Program-made: the position numbers and the translations under genes
In this document: piece by piece, positions 9,778-20,790 of the stretch
Position numbering within the stretch: the stretch's first letter is position 1
Layout: the number at the start of each line of letters is the position of its first letter
The notes under the pieces: model-generated
Databases searched by the model: none
What the model saw: only the letters and a program-made list of their open reading frames with translations
Told to the model about the DNA's origin: nothing
Assembly: GCA_963788655.1 (NCBI GenBank)
Contig: CAWBHS010000087.1
Coordinates: forward strand, 177,044-241,043
Direction of reading: 5' to 3'
From: an uncultured Verrucomicrobiae bacterium
GTDB lineage: Bacteria > Verrucomicrobiota > Verrucomicrobiia > Limisphaerales > JAFGQR01
Length of the DNA stretch: 64,000 nt

Positions 9778-12700
9778 CTACCGCCGGAGACGATAGAATC
9801 TTTGAGTGCCGGTCGGATTCAAGGGCAGACCATTGAATCCGCCCAGGCACTTCGATGTAGGGGCCGGCGGGATCGGTGGCTTCTTCGGGCACGCCGGTGC
9901 CGGTCCACATCAGGCACAGTCCGGCGGCCGGGTTCGCGGGATTGAGTCGTAGAGAAAAGATACGGACGGGTGCCGCGGGCGGGATCGTACTCGGCGAGGA
10001 GTTGCAGGCCGAACAGACAGTCCGCGCTGGCCGTGCCGTAAGGGTGCAGCTCGCTGGCAATTACATTGGCGCCGGCTTGGATCATGGAGGGCGGCACGTT
10101 GGTGGACGCCAGCACCGCGTCACCGTCAGAACCCGCATTGGTCGCAAAAGAAACGCAGACCGTCGGCCATCTTGAAGCGGAACGCCTCGGTGCCATTGAA
10201 GTAGCACACCAAACCGTCGTCGATTACGTGATTGACCACCAACTCCGCGCCGGGCGGCAAACTGCCTCGGGTCCAATCAAAGCGGCTGCGCAAATAGACT
10301 GTGTTTTGCGGTCGCAGAGTGGTTTGAATCGGCGAGGGAAGGGCGTTCAAAATCAAAGGATTATCTTCAAAGCCCAAAAGCCCCGGGCCGGTTGGCCAAG
10401 TCGTGTCGTCAAAAGCGGCGTTGAACCAAGCGAGGCCATCGTAGTTGTCCGCGGTCGTGCGGGCATCGTCGTAACGCCACGGGGAATCCCAATCGAGCAA
10501 GACCAGTTGCTCGACGATGGGCAAGCCCTCCGGCATCAGGACCGGGTGGGGAGAGGCTGCGGTGTCGGTGACGCCGGTAGTGACATACACGAAGTAAGGA
10601 GTTCCGAACGTCAGGGAAGTAGCCAGAGTCAGCTTCACGGTAGCTGGCGCCACCAATACGGCGGCCTCGATGGCGACCAACTGAAACTCCGGCGTCAACG
10701 TGTAAAGGACGTAGTTTTTGGCAGGTTCGGCACCGGCGGCCGCCAGGGGGTGGTCGAATTCCAACTCGAGGGAGTTGAGGCTGCCGGTCGAGCGCGACAC
10801 CGCCGACAGCAGGTGAGTCGGCTTGCCTCCGCTGATGACCCGCAACACTGAATCTGAACTGGTGATGGTGCTGGGCACGTCATTGCTGACGACGCACCGA
10901 TAAACGCCGGCATCCGCAGGCCGGGCGGTTGTGATCGTGTAGGCGCTTTGGTTGGCTCCTGGAATATCCTCACCGTCCTTCTGCCATCGGTACTGGGGAT
11001 CGGTGCCCGACACCGCGACCGAAATCGAAACCGGGTCGCCTTCAGCCACGATTTGCGATGGCACCGGCTGTTGCTGCATGGATAATGGGACCGGCGTTAG
11101 GGTGCCCAACCAATCAACCGCCAACCGTGGACGAGTGTCGATGAGCGCTCCTTCGGAGGAACCAAACATATACCCATCCGTGCGGTGATTGATCAGGCCC
11201 CAGCCGTAGTTGGGTGCCCCATTGGCCCAGGCTTGGACAGAGGCGGTCACGTCGATATCGATGAATTCACCGACAGTAAACGGACTGATCGTGGCAACGG
11301 CCGGTTCGACGATATCGTTGGTGATACCGTCACCGCCAAGGGTATTCCAAGTGTCGTCCAGGGTCCAAGCAGTCGCCATCTGATACAAGGAAACGTCATC
11401 GCCGTTGTTCGTGGTGTACAGGCGCAAGGTGGCCGAGTAAATGGTGGCTCCCGCCTCGACCTGGCCAGGGTTGCTGCCAAAGAGGCCGTCAAAGCGCAGC
11501 AACCCATGGCTGACCGGAGACTCGCCATCGGTCAAGACCACAGGACGGTCACCAAAGGTGGCATCTGGTTCTGCGGCACTAACGTACGTATCTTCCGTTC
11601 CCGTATATCCATTGACTCCCTGCTGAAAGCCCGTTGCTGTTGCTATAGAAATATGGTTCGGATACAGCGCATTGCCGGCTGGATCCGTTACGTTGTTGAT
11701 CGTAAGGGTGGACCCACTGGGCAAAGGATCGGCCGTCTTGATGGTGGCCACCGTGTTACTAACCGAGAGGGTCACCGCCACAACGCCATTGACGGGCGCA
11801 ATAACATAATTTGTAGGGTTGGCAGCTTCCTGAGCGTCCACGCCTTCCGAGAAGATGACGTCGACGGTGGTTTCGTCGAATTGACGTACGGCGGAAATGA
11901 TCATGGGCGCGGTGGTATCTGCGATTACTTCCACAGTGATGACCGGGCTGTTGGTCGAATTGCCGATGGCATCCGTAGCTCGCAGATAATAGTCTCCCGC
12001 GTTCGCCAGTGTCGCCCTGGTCACCTGGTACGAACTGGTGGTGGCCTCCGGGTCAGCCACGCCGTCATGGAACCACTGAAACTGTGGATCAAGCCCAATG
12101 ACCCCAAATGTTAGATTGAAGGCATCTCCCTGCGCGACCACTAGATGATTCGTTGCCGGAACGGATACAATGGCGACCGTCGCCACGGGCGGCAGGATCG
12201 CTAGAATTTGCGCGCCAAACACATTGTCCGAACTGGTCGTGGCGACGGCATGGAGGTCTGCGGCGACGATGTTATTGCCCTGGTGAAGCAGGCTGAGCGG
12301 TAATAGATTCGTTGCCACCACGGTCTCATCGCTGAAACCAAAATCATCCGCCAGAGTCGTGTGAGTCATTGTGACCGGCGCCGGCGGCATCTTGTAACGG
12401 AAGGCCTCGGTGCCATTGACATGGAACACTACGCCGTCATCAACCGTATGGCGAAACTCAAGCTGCACCGCGGGATCCACGGCGCCGGGCGCGAACGGCC
12501 AGTGCACGTCGGTTTTGCGGTAATAGGACGTGAATTGATTCGCGATGACCTCGGTGTTGATGGCGCCGGCATTGGTCGTCAGATAGGTGATGGTATCGGT
12601 TGTGGTTTCCAAGCCCAGGAGGCCCGGGCCTGAAGCCCAAAGAGAATCGTCATAAGCCGGATCATAAAAGGGCGGAACCACGGTCAGCAGGTCGGTGTCC

Positions 12701-15346
12701 GAGGCTTCGTATTTCCATGCGGCGTCCCAATCGGCAATTATGAGGACACTGGTCACCTCCAAAGTGATCGGTTGGGGAATGAAATTACCGAAGACATCGG
12801 CGACTCCCGTCACGGTCACGCCGTACCGTTGGCCAAATGGAGCGTTGACGGTGAACTGCACGGTGCTGGCATTGACCATCGTCGGGTTCGACAACGAAAC
12901 TGCTGGTGACAGCATGTAATTGGCCGGGTTCAGTGAGGTAGGAGGATCCATCGGTTTACTGAACTGTGCCGTCAGCGTGGTCAGCGCAGTGCCGCCTGCC
13001 CCGGAAGCCGAGGCCGAGATCACTGCCGGAGGTTCGCCTGGTAAGACGGTCACGGCAATTACCGGGCTGTTGGTCGAGCTGGGAAAGTCATTCGTGACCT
13101 GAAGAAAGTAATCCCCGGAATCGCTTACTCTGGCCATCGTGCGGGCGAGGGTTGCCGAAGTTTCTTCCGGCAGTGCCACGTCGTCCTTGAACCACAACAA
13201 GTGCGGGTTCGAACCATACACTTGAAACGTGATCGCGAACGAATTGCCCTCGTTCACAACAATGTGGTTGGTGGACGGGACCGCCGTGATTTCCACTGGC
13301 AGGTTCGTGACGGCGGAATCCCAATCGATGATCAACGCCGGACGCCACTCACGGGTGGCATTTTCTGAAGTTGGCCAATCGAACCCTCCGTCGGAGCCCG
13401 TGCCGGAATTGATCAGGACCCAGCCGTAGTTGGGTTGACCGTCAGCCCAGTTCCGGACCGAACTGGAAACGTCCACATCGACGTAACTGTACGGCGGGTG
13501 CGGATCGAAGGCGACCACGCTGGCGGCCTCGGCTTCGATGTCGTTGGTGGCCACGCCGCCATCCAGCGAATTCCAGGTGGAGGAGCTGTCCCAGGACACC
13601 CGCATGTTGTGCAGCGCGATGTCGAACCCTGGGTCCTCAACGTAAAACCGCAAGATCGCTACGTTGATGCGGGCGCCAAAGGGGACTTGGTTGGCAGCTT
13701 TGCCAAAGAGGTTGTCAAACCGGATCAGACCCTGGGAATAGGGCATGCTATTGTCGGTCGTCAGGATGTCATCCGTACCGTGGCTGATGTCAGGATAATC
13801 GGCTTCGATCTCGGTATCCACCGTCCCGGCGTAGCCGTCCAGGCCCTGCTGAAATAAGTAAATCGTGGGAATTTGGACCGGCACCACCGCCAGGCCCGCC
13901 AGCGGATTGCCGGCCAGATCTTGCACGTCAATGACGCCCAGCACATAAGGCTGGTCCACGTCCGGAGGCATGGTGGTGGTCAGCACCACCTGGCTAAATC
14001 CGCCGTTGGTAAACACCAGCGGTTCGGTTGGCAGCACCGTCAGACAATCCGTCCAACCGCTATCCGTGCAGACAGCATACTTCATCCGGTCCAGGGCGTT
14101 GGTATCCATCTCTTCGGAAAACGTCACGATGATGTTGGTGCGATTCACCTGGCGCACCGCGGACAACACGGTAGGAGCATTGGTATCCGGCAAAACACTC
14201 ACCGTGACCGGAATACTGGTGATGCTATTCGTGGGATTGGACACCACCACGTAATAAGGCCCCGCATCCAAAAACAGAGCGCGCTCGACAAAATAGGTCG
14301 AAGTAATGGCTCCAGAAATGGGGCTGCCCGAATCCGGAGTGCCACGGTACCATTGGAACTGCGGGGCGGTGCCGGCCACCGCAACGCTCAAGCTAAACGG
14401 ATGATTCTCGCACGACGTTCGTGGACATCGGTGGCTGCGTCATCACAATCTCCTCGGTCGGGCTGTACCTCACTTCGGACAGTTCGATGGCTTCCAGGGC
14501 ATAGCAATACGTGTTTTCAACTGTGGCCGTCCCACCACCCGCCTTCGGCACGGGCGCGCCGCTGGCGACCAGCGTGTGGTAGTTCGAACAAATCACCGAA
14601 AACGACGTGCCCTCCGGTATGATGCGATCCCAACCGATTACGTCACCCATCCGGTTTTCGCCGGCGTTAAACGCCGCCTGCAAGTCGGGGATCATCGCGT
14701 CGCCGTAAGGGGCCCAGCCGTTGGTGATAATCCCGGGAGATCCCGTGCCCGTCAAATGGACCGGTACGGCGCTGCTGGCGCCTTGCAAGGTGACCAGCGT
14801 CCAACGGCCCGCATACTGATTTCCCCGCACCATGGTGCCCCGGAACGAATACGTAGCTCCCGGTGTAAGATTGGTAAACATGAACGTGACCGCCGCATCG
14901 TAAGGATTGGCGGCAAAATAGAACGCGCTGGTGTCCCAGTCGATCTTCCCCCCAAAGATCAAAGCGGCCGGCGAGCCGGTGTTCGGCCCCCACGTGCTGC
15001 CATAGGCGCCACTCACCGAACCGACGACGGTGATATCGACTCCCACTTGATTCGGCAGGGCCGCGCCGGTGAGAAAATCGGTTAATGGGCCGCCCGCCGT
15101 GCCGGGCCCGCTGGGAGAATAGCTGGTCACGTTGGCCGCCGTGCCGGCGCCACGATTGTAGTCGTTGTAGGCCACCCAATTGGTGGCGGTTTGGGCTCCA
15201 TGGCCGAAGGGCAACCAGGCCAACCCGGCAGCCAGCGCGAGCAGTTTTCCTTTCCAGAGGGGGGTGAAGGTTGCGTGCCGGTTTGACCGAATCTCAACGG
15301 TGCCGGCGGTGGCTGATCTCAAAGAAACTGCTTGAATACGTTGCAT
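9778..15346 (-). CDS. paralogous ~1850-aa secreted modular protein (Ig, 2x DNRLRE-like, 2x galactose-binding-like, FYR tail); about 4 frameshifts
   Basis: Strong SD (GAGGAGGGAGGAACCAAC-ATG). ORFs 14393-15346, 10126-14391, 9819-10196 and 9758-10060 join into one architecture, with shifts near 14400, 10165, 9980 and 9840. Final frame reads FNGLPLNPTGTQRFYRLRR-TAG(9778-9780). Confidence 0.8.
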
Positions 15347-15567
15347 GTTGGTTCCTCCCTCCTCACGTTACACGGCTAGACTCCACAAATTTGAGCGGGT
15401 GCGTTGATCATTGGGATTACAGGTTTTTTCGCTCACTGCTGGTAAAGCACCTTACCCAATTCTTCCGGATAAGCAGCAACTATTTTCAACAAAATCTAAA
15501 CGGCGCGTTGACTCAAATTAAAAGACACCGGGGGAGAAAATCTGGGGGGAGGCCAAAGGCGGGAGGG

Positions 15568-15780
15568 GGGTGGGCGCCAAATCCTCGCGCATTAAGCCGC
15601 CAAGAGTAGGCAATCATTGGCGGCAACCTTCAGGTTGAGCCGGTATTTCCAGAAGTCGTCCGATCGACGGCTACTGTGAATACAACGCAAGGCCAAGATG
15701 TTTTCGGCACCCGATTCGGACCAGAACATCCCCGGCTGCTTGCAGCGACGGCCAATCACGGCCTGCCGCTTCTCCTCAAT
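15568..15780 (-). mobile_element. 3' remnant of an ISKra4/UPF0236-like transposase with probable terminal repeat
   Basis: AVIGRRCKQPGMFWSESGAENILALRC matches the C-terminal RxKxxGMxWSxxGAxxILxLR motif; stop is followed by an end-like TTTGGCGCCCACCC; rest of transposase absent. Confidence 0.7.
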
Positions 15781-15920
15781 GTCATCAATCTCCACCTTGC
15801 AGCGATGGACTTGAGGGTGATGGGCGGCAGGCGCTCATATCACTCCTGGTTGCGGCCACCGGCTCGGGACTTGGCGCGTCGGTTCTTGATCCGCATGGCG
15901 CGTCTCGCCATTCTGCCGGC

Positions 15921-18900
15921 GTGAAACGTATCGCCATTTTCTCGCGCTGGTCCGGACTGATTGTCACCGTTTTGGCAATGTTCGCGTCGGCTGCATTCCG
16001 AGCCGCCGCGCAAACATTGCGTGAGGACTTTTCTTCTTTCACCGCGGGCAGTGACGCCACACCGGCGTGGGAACCCCAGAGTGTCGGCTGGGAAGTCGTG
16101 AATGGCGCGTACGTGGGCGACAGTGGTGTGGCGTTGTGGCGGGCGGTGCCCTTCGCGTCCGCCGTCACATTTGCCTGCGATGTCACCGTGCTCGAATTGC
16201 GCCCGGGCGACTGGTTGACCGTCGGTTTGGGGATTGACGCGGACGACAAAAACTATTGGGCGCTCAACCTCGTCGTCGCCCCGGAGAACCGGGGACGCCA
16301 ACACACGACCGAATTGCAGGAAGCGGTGGACGGCGTCTGGCTCGCGCAAAGTCAGGGCCAAACCCGGCTGAAACGGTTGCCCAGCCAAGGGGACGCCTTC
16401 AACTGGCGCCTGCGTCAGGCCTATCGAATGGAGATCAGCCTGACGCCGGGCACAATTACGGGCCACATCCTCGACGGAACCAAGGTGGTGGCCCGCTTCG
16501 GCTACGAACTGACGGAGGAAGTTACGGCGGTGCGCACCGGGCGTCCGGTCTTGCGGGTCTCGGGCCTGCGCGCGCGGTTCGACAATGCGGTGGCGACCGT
16601 CACCCAAACGGCGCCGGAGCCAGTCGTCGCCCCGCCAATTTTTCCGGCCTGGATTTCGCGTCCTGGCCAGGCGATTGCGAAGGGCACCAGCTTCTTCGCT
16701 ACCGCCGAGGTGGACGGGCGCTGGTGGTTAGTGGATCCGGAAGGCAAACCGTTCTTCGGCGTAGGCACCGACCACGTGAGCTACCGCGGACACTGGTGTG
16801 AGAAGCTCGGTTACTCCCCTTATCTGCGGAACGTCCAGGCGAAGTTCGGCAGCGAGGAGGCCTGGGGCACGAACACCATCGCGCGGCTCAAGGCTTGGGG
16901 CTTCAATGAGCTGCCGGTCGGCCACAGTCCCTCCTTACGGCATCGCGGGCTGCCGCACATTTTGTTCGCTTCGCTCGGCTCCAGCTTTGCCCGCCGCGAA
17001 TGGATTTGTGAACCGATCCATTGGACAGGCTTCCCGGACGTCTTCAGCCCGCATTGGGAGAGCCACTGCCGGATTGCGGCGCGCAAGCTGGCCCGCGAGA
17101 GCCGCGGCGATCCGTGGTGCATCGGCACGTTCATCGACAACGAACTGGAGTGGTACGGGAAACGAGGCCAACTCGTGGACGAGGTTTTCCAGCGCGGCCC
17201 ACAACAGGCGTCGAAGCAGGCCCTCTGGCGTTGGATGACCAAAGAGTTCGGCCGCGTAACCGAACTAAACAACCGCCTGGGCACACATTACGCGGATGAA
17301 GAGGCGTTCCTTTCCGCCGCGAATGTGCCCCCACCCTCCGCGGCACTCACGCAAGTGCGCGACGGTTTCCTGGCGCTCATCGCGGAGCGCTACTTCAGCG
17401 TTGCGGCCCAGGCGCTGCGGGAAGCGGACCCCGACCATCTCGTGCTGGGCTGCCGGTTTGCCGGACGAGCGCCGGAGCCCGCGCTGGCGGCGGCGGGCAA
17501 ATACAACGATGTCTTCACGTTCAACACCTACCCGCGCGTGGATTTCGAGAACGTCTGGGCACCGGACGGCACCGGCGGCGTAGTGCAACATGTGCCGCGT
17601 GAACTGAGCGAGTATTACGCCGTAGTGCGCAAGCCGATGATCATCACCGAGTGGAGCTTCCCCGCGCTCGACAGCGGTCTGCCCTGCCAGCACGGCGCGG
17701 GCATGCGAGTCGATACGCAGGCGCAGAAAGCTGCCTGCTACCGCATCTTTGCCAACGCGATGGCCGACTTGCCGTTCATGGTCGGCTACCACTACTTCAT
17801 GTGGGCGGACGAACCGGCACTGGGCATCAGCTCGACCTTCCCGGAGGACAGCAACTATGGGCTGGTCAACGAGAAAAACGAGCCTTACCCGACGCTCGTG
17901 AACACCGCCGCCGAAGTAAACCGGCAAGCCGCCGTCCGCCACGCCCACAGCACGTTCTCGGGTGACTTGGAGTTGCGCAAGAAAGGAACCGCGGTCGAAG
18001 TGGCGAACCCCAACGCCATCGCGTCGCACGGTTGGTTGCGCGTCAGTGCCGGCGGCCGCAACCGTATCGAACCGATCTCCCTATCGCCCCGGCAAGTAAA
18101 ACCGATCGAGCTACCCGCGGGTCAACCCGGCTGCGTGGAATTGCAGAACTGGGACGGCACTACCCAGCGCTCGATCAGTGGGCGAACGCTGGGGTCGCTT
18201 GAAGTGGCAAACGTCTCCGCCGCGATCCTAAACGACGTGCCGGTGCTGCTCGATACCACGCAACCCGTCGCGGCGTTGTTAAGTAATTTCGCGCCCGGCC
18301 AGACGATCAAATTGGATTCGCCCAACGGCACCTGGACGGAACCTGCTCAGTTCGAGCTGCGAACGGAAGGCGTCACCTGGTACTGCAATCGCCAAAGCGG
18401 AAGTGTGTTTGATCATGTCCAGGCGGGCGATCTGTCCCTGGGCCGGCTGGTATTCGCTGTCCATTTGCAGGCCGATGGACGCAACGAATGGGCGGAGAGC
18501 GACCGTATTCTGTCAGTCCGGACGCAGGAGCAGCGCGACGCGTGGTTGGTCGAGGCGGTGTTGGCTCGGGGCGATGCCGCATCCGCCGCCAGTTTCCGCG
18601 CCGCGGTTCGGCTCGCGGTCTTCAAGCGGGGTGGCTTGGTGCTGGCACGTCCGTTGTGGGTGGAGAACAGTGGAACGCGCGACTGGCGACTGGCGGAAGT
18701 CTTTTGGTTCTGCCGGCCGGCCATCGGTGGGTCGCCGGAGGAAGACGTGTTGGGTGGCGCCCAAGTGCCGAATTACTATCGCGCCGCGCAATTCTGGACC
18801 GACACAAAGCTGGGCGGCTGCTTCGGCGCGCTCGGCCAAAGTCAGGGCTGGCAGGTGACCTTCTGGAAAAGCTCCGCCACGCAGTTTCATCCCGACGCGC

Positions 18901-19064
18901 GCTTCAGCGTCGAGCAGAACTTGCGACCCGGCGCACGCTGGACGGCGGAGGCGGTGCCCTACCTTTGGATCTTCGCCGGCCGAGACGCCCAACGATGGCG
19001 CGCGGTCGCGCGGTTGGCCGAACTGGCGGCGTCGGCGGTGTTGCCTGGAGACCAGGAAAAATAG
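15921..19064 (+). CDS. secreted GH50 (beta-agarase-like, clan GH-A) glycoside hydrolase, 1047 aa
   Basis: Signal peptide; FF..EVDGRWWLVDPEGKPFF, DPWCIGTFIDNELEW (acid/base NE), PMIITEWSF (nucleophile), EDSNYGLVN; extra N- and C-terminal domains. Confidence 0.8.
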   Translation: MKRIAIFSRWSGLIVTVLAMFASAAFRAAAQTLREDFSSFTAGSDATPAWEPQSVGWEVVNGAYVGDSGVALWRAVPFASAVTFACDVTVLELRPGDWLTVGLGIDADDKNYWALNLVVAPENRGRQHTTELQEAVDGVWLAQSQGQTRLKRLPSQGDAFNWRLRQAYRMEISLTPGTITGHILDGTKVVARFGYELTEEVTAVRTGRPVLRVSGLRARFDNAVATVTQTAPEPVVAPPIFPAWISRPGQAIAKGTSFFATAEVDGRWWLVDPEGKPFFGVGTDHVSYRGHWCEKLGYSPYLRNVQAKFGSEEAWGTNTIARLKAWGFNELPVGHSPSLRHRGLPHILFASLGSSFARREWICEPIHWTGFPDVFSPHWESHCRIAARKLARESRGDPWCIGTFIDNELEWYGKRGQLVDEVFQRGPQQASKQALWRWMTKEFGRVTELNNRLGTHYADEEAFLSAANVPPPSAALTQVRDGFLALIAERYFSVAAQALREADPDHLVLGCRFAGRAPEPALAAAGKYNDVFTFNTYPRVDFENVWAPDGTGGVVQHVPRELSEYYAVVRKPMIITEWSFPALDSGLPCQHGAGMRVDTQAQKAACYRIFANAMADLPFMVGYHYFMWADEPALGISSTFPEDSNYGLVNEKNEPYPTLVNTAAEVNRQAAVRHAHSTFSGDLELRKKGTAVEVANPNAIASHGWLRVSAGGRNRIEPISLSPRQVKPIELPAGQPGCVELQNWDGTTQRSISGRTLGSLEVANVSAAILNDVPVLLDTTQPVAALLSNFAPGQTIKLDSPNGTWTEPAQFELRTEGVTWYCNRQSGSVFDHVQAGDLSLGRLVFAVHLQADGRNEWAESDRILSVRTQEQRDAWLVEAVLARGDAASAASFRAAVRLAVFKRGGLVLARPLWVENSGTRDWRLAEVFWFCRPAIGGSPEEDVLGGAQVPNYYRAAQFWTDTKLGGCFGALGQSQGWQVTFWKSSATQFHPDARFSVEQNLRPGARWTAEAVPYLWIFAGRDAQRWRAVARLAELAASAVLPGDQEK

Positions 19065-19190
19065 AACCGCCACTAAAAGTCTGGGTGACCGAAAGATTCG
19101 TTTCTTTACATCCGGATAGCGAGCGGGGCAGCCAAGGGGCGTTTGAGTGGTTCAAAGTACCACGATCGCTGAACCGGTCTTCGGCAGGTT

Positions 19191-19292
19191 TTAAATACCC
19201 ACTGCATTAGTCGAATAGGCTGGCGCATTGGCTGGGGGATGCAGTCCCGCCAACAAAACGGCGGAAACACCCATCAGAAGAATTCGTTTCAT
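19191..19292 (-). pseudogene. 33-aa signal-peptide mini-ORF, probable remnant of a secreted protein
   Basis: AGGA SD then MKRILLMGVSAVLLAGLHPPANAPAYSTNAVGI-TAA. Confidence 0.35.
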
Positions 19293-19378
19293 GTTCCTGG
19301 CTTTGGTATTCAGTGATGGTCTCTGTTGCACTGGGAACCTGTCCCCGCCGGATGCGGCGCGGTTCCGTTTTCACCTGC

Positions 19379-20707
19379 TCAATCTTTCTGGCGCACCGGC
19401 TCCGCCGAGAGACAGTAAAGAAGGCTGTCGGTCCGGACGTAGATGGCGGAATCCACAAACGCTGGCGAGGCGAAAACCGGACCGTCAAGTTGGTTCTCGG
19501 CCAGGATGTTTAATTCCTTGTTCGCTTGCAGCACGACGGTCTTTCCCTGCCGGCTGAAACAGTAGATGCGTCCCTTGGCCAGGACGGGCGAAGCCGCGTA
19601 GCTTCCGCCCACGCGACACTTGCCCAGCGTGTCACCGGTCAACGCATCCACGCAGGAGACGAAGCCGTCGTCGCCGAGGAGATACAGTTCGTGCCCCGCC
19701 AGCAAGGGTGACGGCATGAACCCGATCGGCGTCGGGAGCTTCCAGGCCACGTGCGTCCGGGTCACATCACCCTGTCCATCCACGCGCACGGCCCAGAGTC
19801 GCGCCCGACCGTCCAGAACGCCGGTGCTGAGATACACCATCCCGTTCCCATACACCGGCCGGGGGGCCACGGTTTCGCCCTTCCCATCGTCCACGCGCCA
19901 GATTTCCTTGCCCGTTTCCGGCGCGTAGGACACGAGCCATTGGGCACCCGGCACCACCATCTGCACCCGTCCGTCCGCCTCGAAGATTAATGGTGTGGAA
20001 AACGATTTACGAAATTCGCGAATCGGTGTGCGCATCGGAGGCCGGTCGGTCTTCCAAATCGTCTCGCCGGTTTGTTTGTTCAGCGCGATGACATATTGTT
20101 GATCCCGCCCGTCCCGTACCAGGATGAGCAGGTTTTGGTATAAAATGGCCGAACTGCCCGGGCCGTGGTGATGATCCAGCGGAAGCTGGCGTTTCCAAAG
20201 AACCTGCCCGGTGGCCGAATCAAGACAGGCCGTGCCGAACGTGCCGAAGTCGCAATAGAGCCGCCCCGGCTCCACGACGGGAGTGGGCGTGGCGTAGCTG
20301 TTGAGGAAATTCACCGGGGCTGGATGGTCCACGGGGAACAGGTCCAGATGATAAAGCTGTTTCCCGGTCGTCCGCTCCAGGCAGACCACTCCAATGACCA
20401 CCCGCTCGGCTTGCCGCATTCGATCCGGGCCGTCGGCGAAGGTTCTGACGTCCGTTTCGAGGGCAGTCGTCAGCCAGATCCGTTCGCCAAGGATCACGGG
20501 CGAGGATCGTCCCCGGCCGGGCACGGGCGCCTTCCAGGCGACGTTCTGCGTCGGGCTCCAGGTGAGTGGCAGGTTGGCGGTTGCTGCTGCAATGCCATCG
20601 CCGGTGGGGCCGCGGAATTGTGGCCAGTCACCCGCCCACACGGTCGCGGTCGTGGGCAGCAACGCGCACCAAAGCGTCACCAATGTTTTTATGGATTGCA
20701 TGGACAT
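19379..20707 (-). CDS. PQQ-binding-like beta-propeller repeat protein (BamB-like, PVC-expanded family)
   Basis: Signal peptide then DWPQFRGPTGDG; GRSSPVI, SYATPTP, SFSTPLI, YAASPV, VFASPAF repeats. Confidence 0.9.
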   Translation of the reverse strand: MSMQSIKTLVTLWCALLPTTATVWAGDWPQFRGPTGDGIAAATANLPLTWSPTQNVAWKAPVPGRGRSSPVILGERIWLTTALETDVRTFADGPDRMRQAERVVIGVVCLERTTGKQLYHLDLFPVDHPAPVNFLNSYATPTPVVEPGRLYCDFGTFGTACLDSATGQVLWKRQLPLDHHHGPGSSAILYQNLLILVRDGRDQQYVIALNKQTGETIWKTDRPPMRTPIREFRKSFSTPLIFEADGRVQMVVPGAQWLVSYAPETGKEIWRVDDGKGETVAPRPVYGNGMVYLSTGVLDGRARLWAVRVDGQGDVTRTHVAWKLPTPIGFMPSPLLAGHELYLLGDDGFVSCVDALTGDTLGKCRVGGSYAASPVLAKGRIYCFSRQGKTVVLQANKELNILAENQLDGPVFASPAFVDSAIYVRTDSLLYCLSAEPVRQKD

Positions 20708-20790
20708 TCTGACGTTTCTACTCCCAAGCTATTCGCTCACCCGCACCGATCATGCCACGCGACTCTGGTTTATTATTCTCCTGGCCCCGG

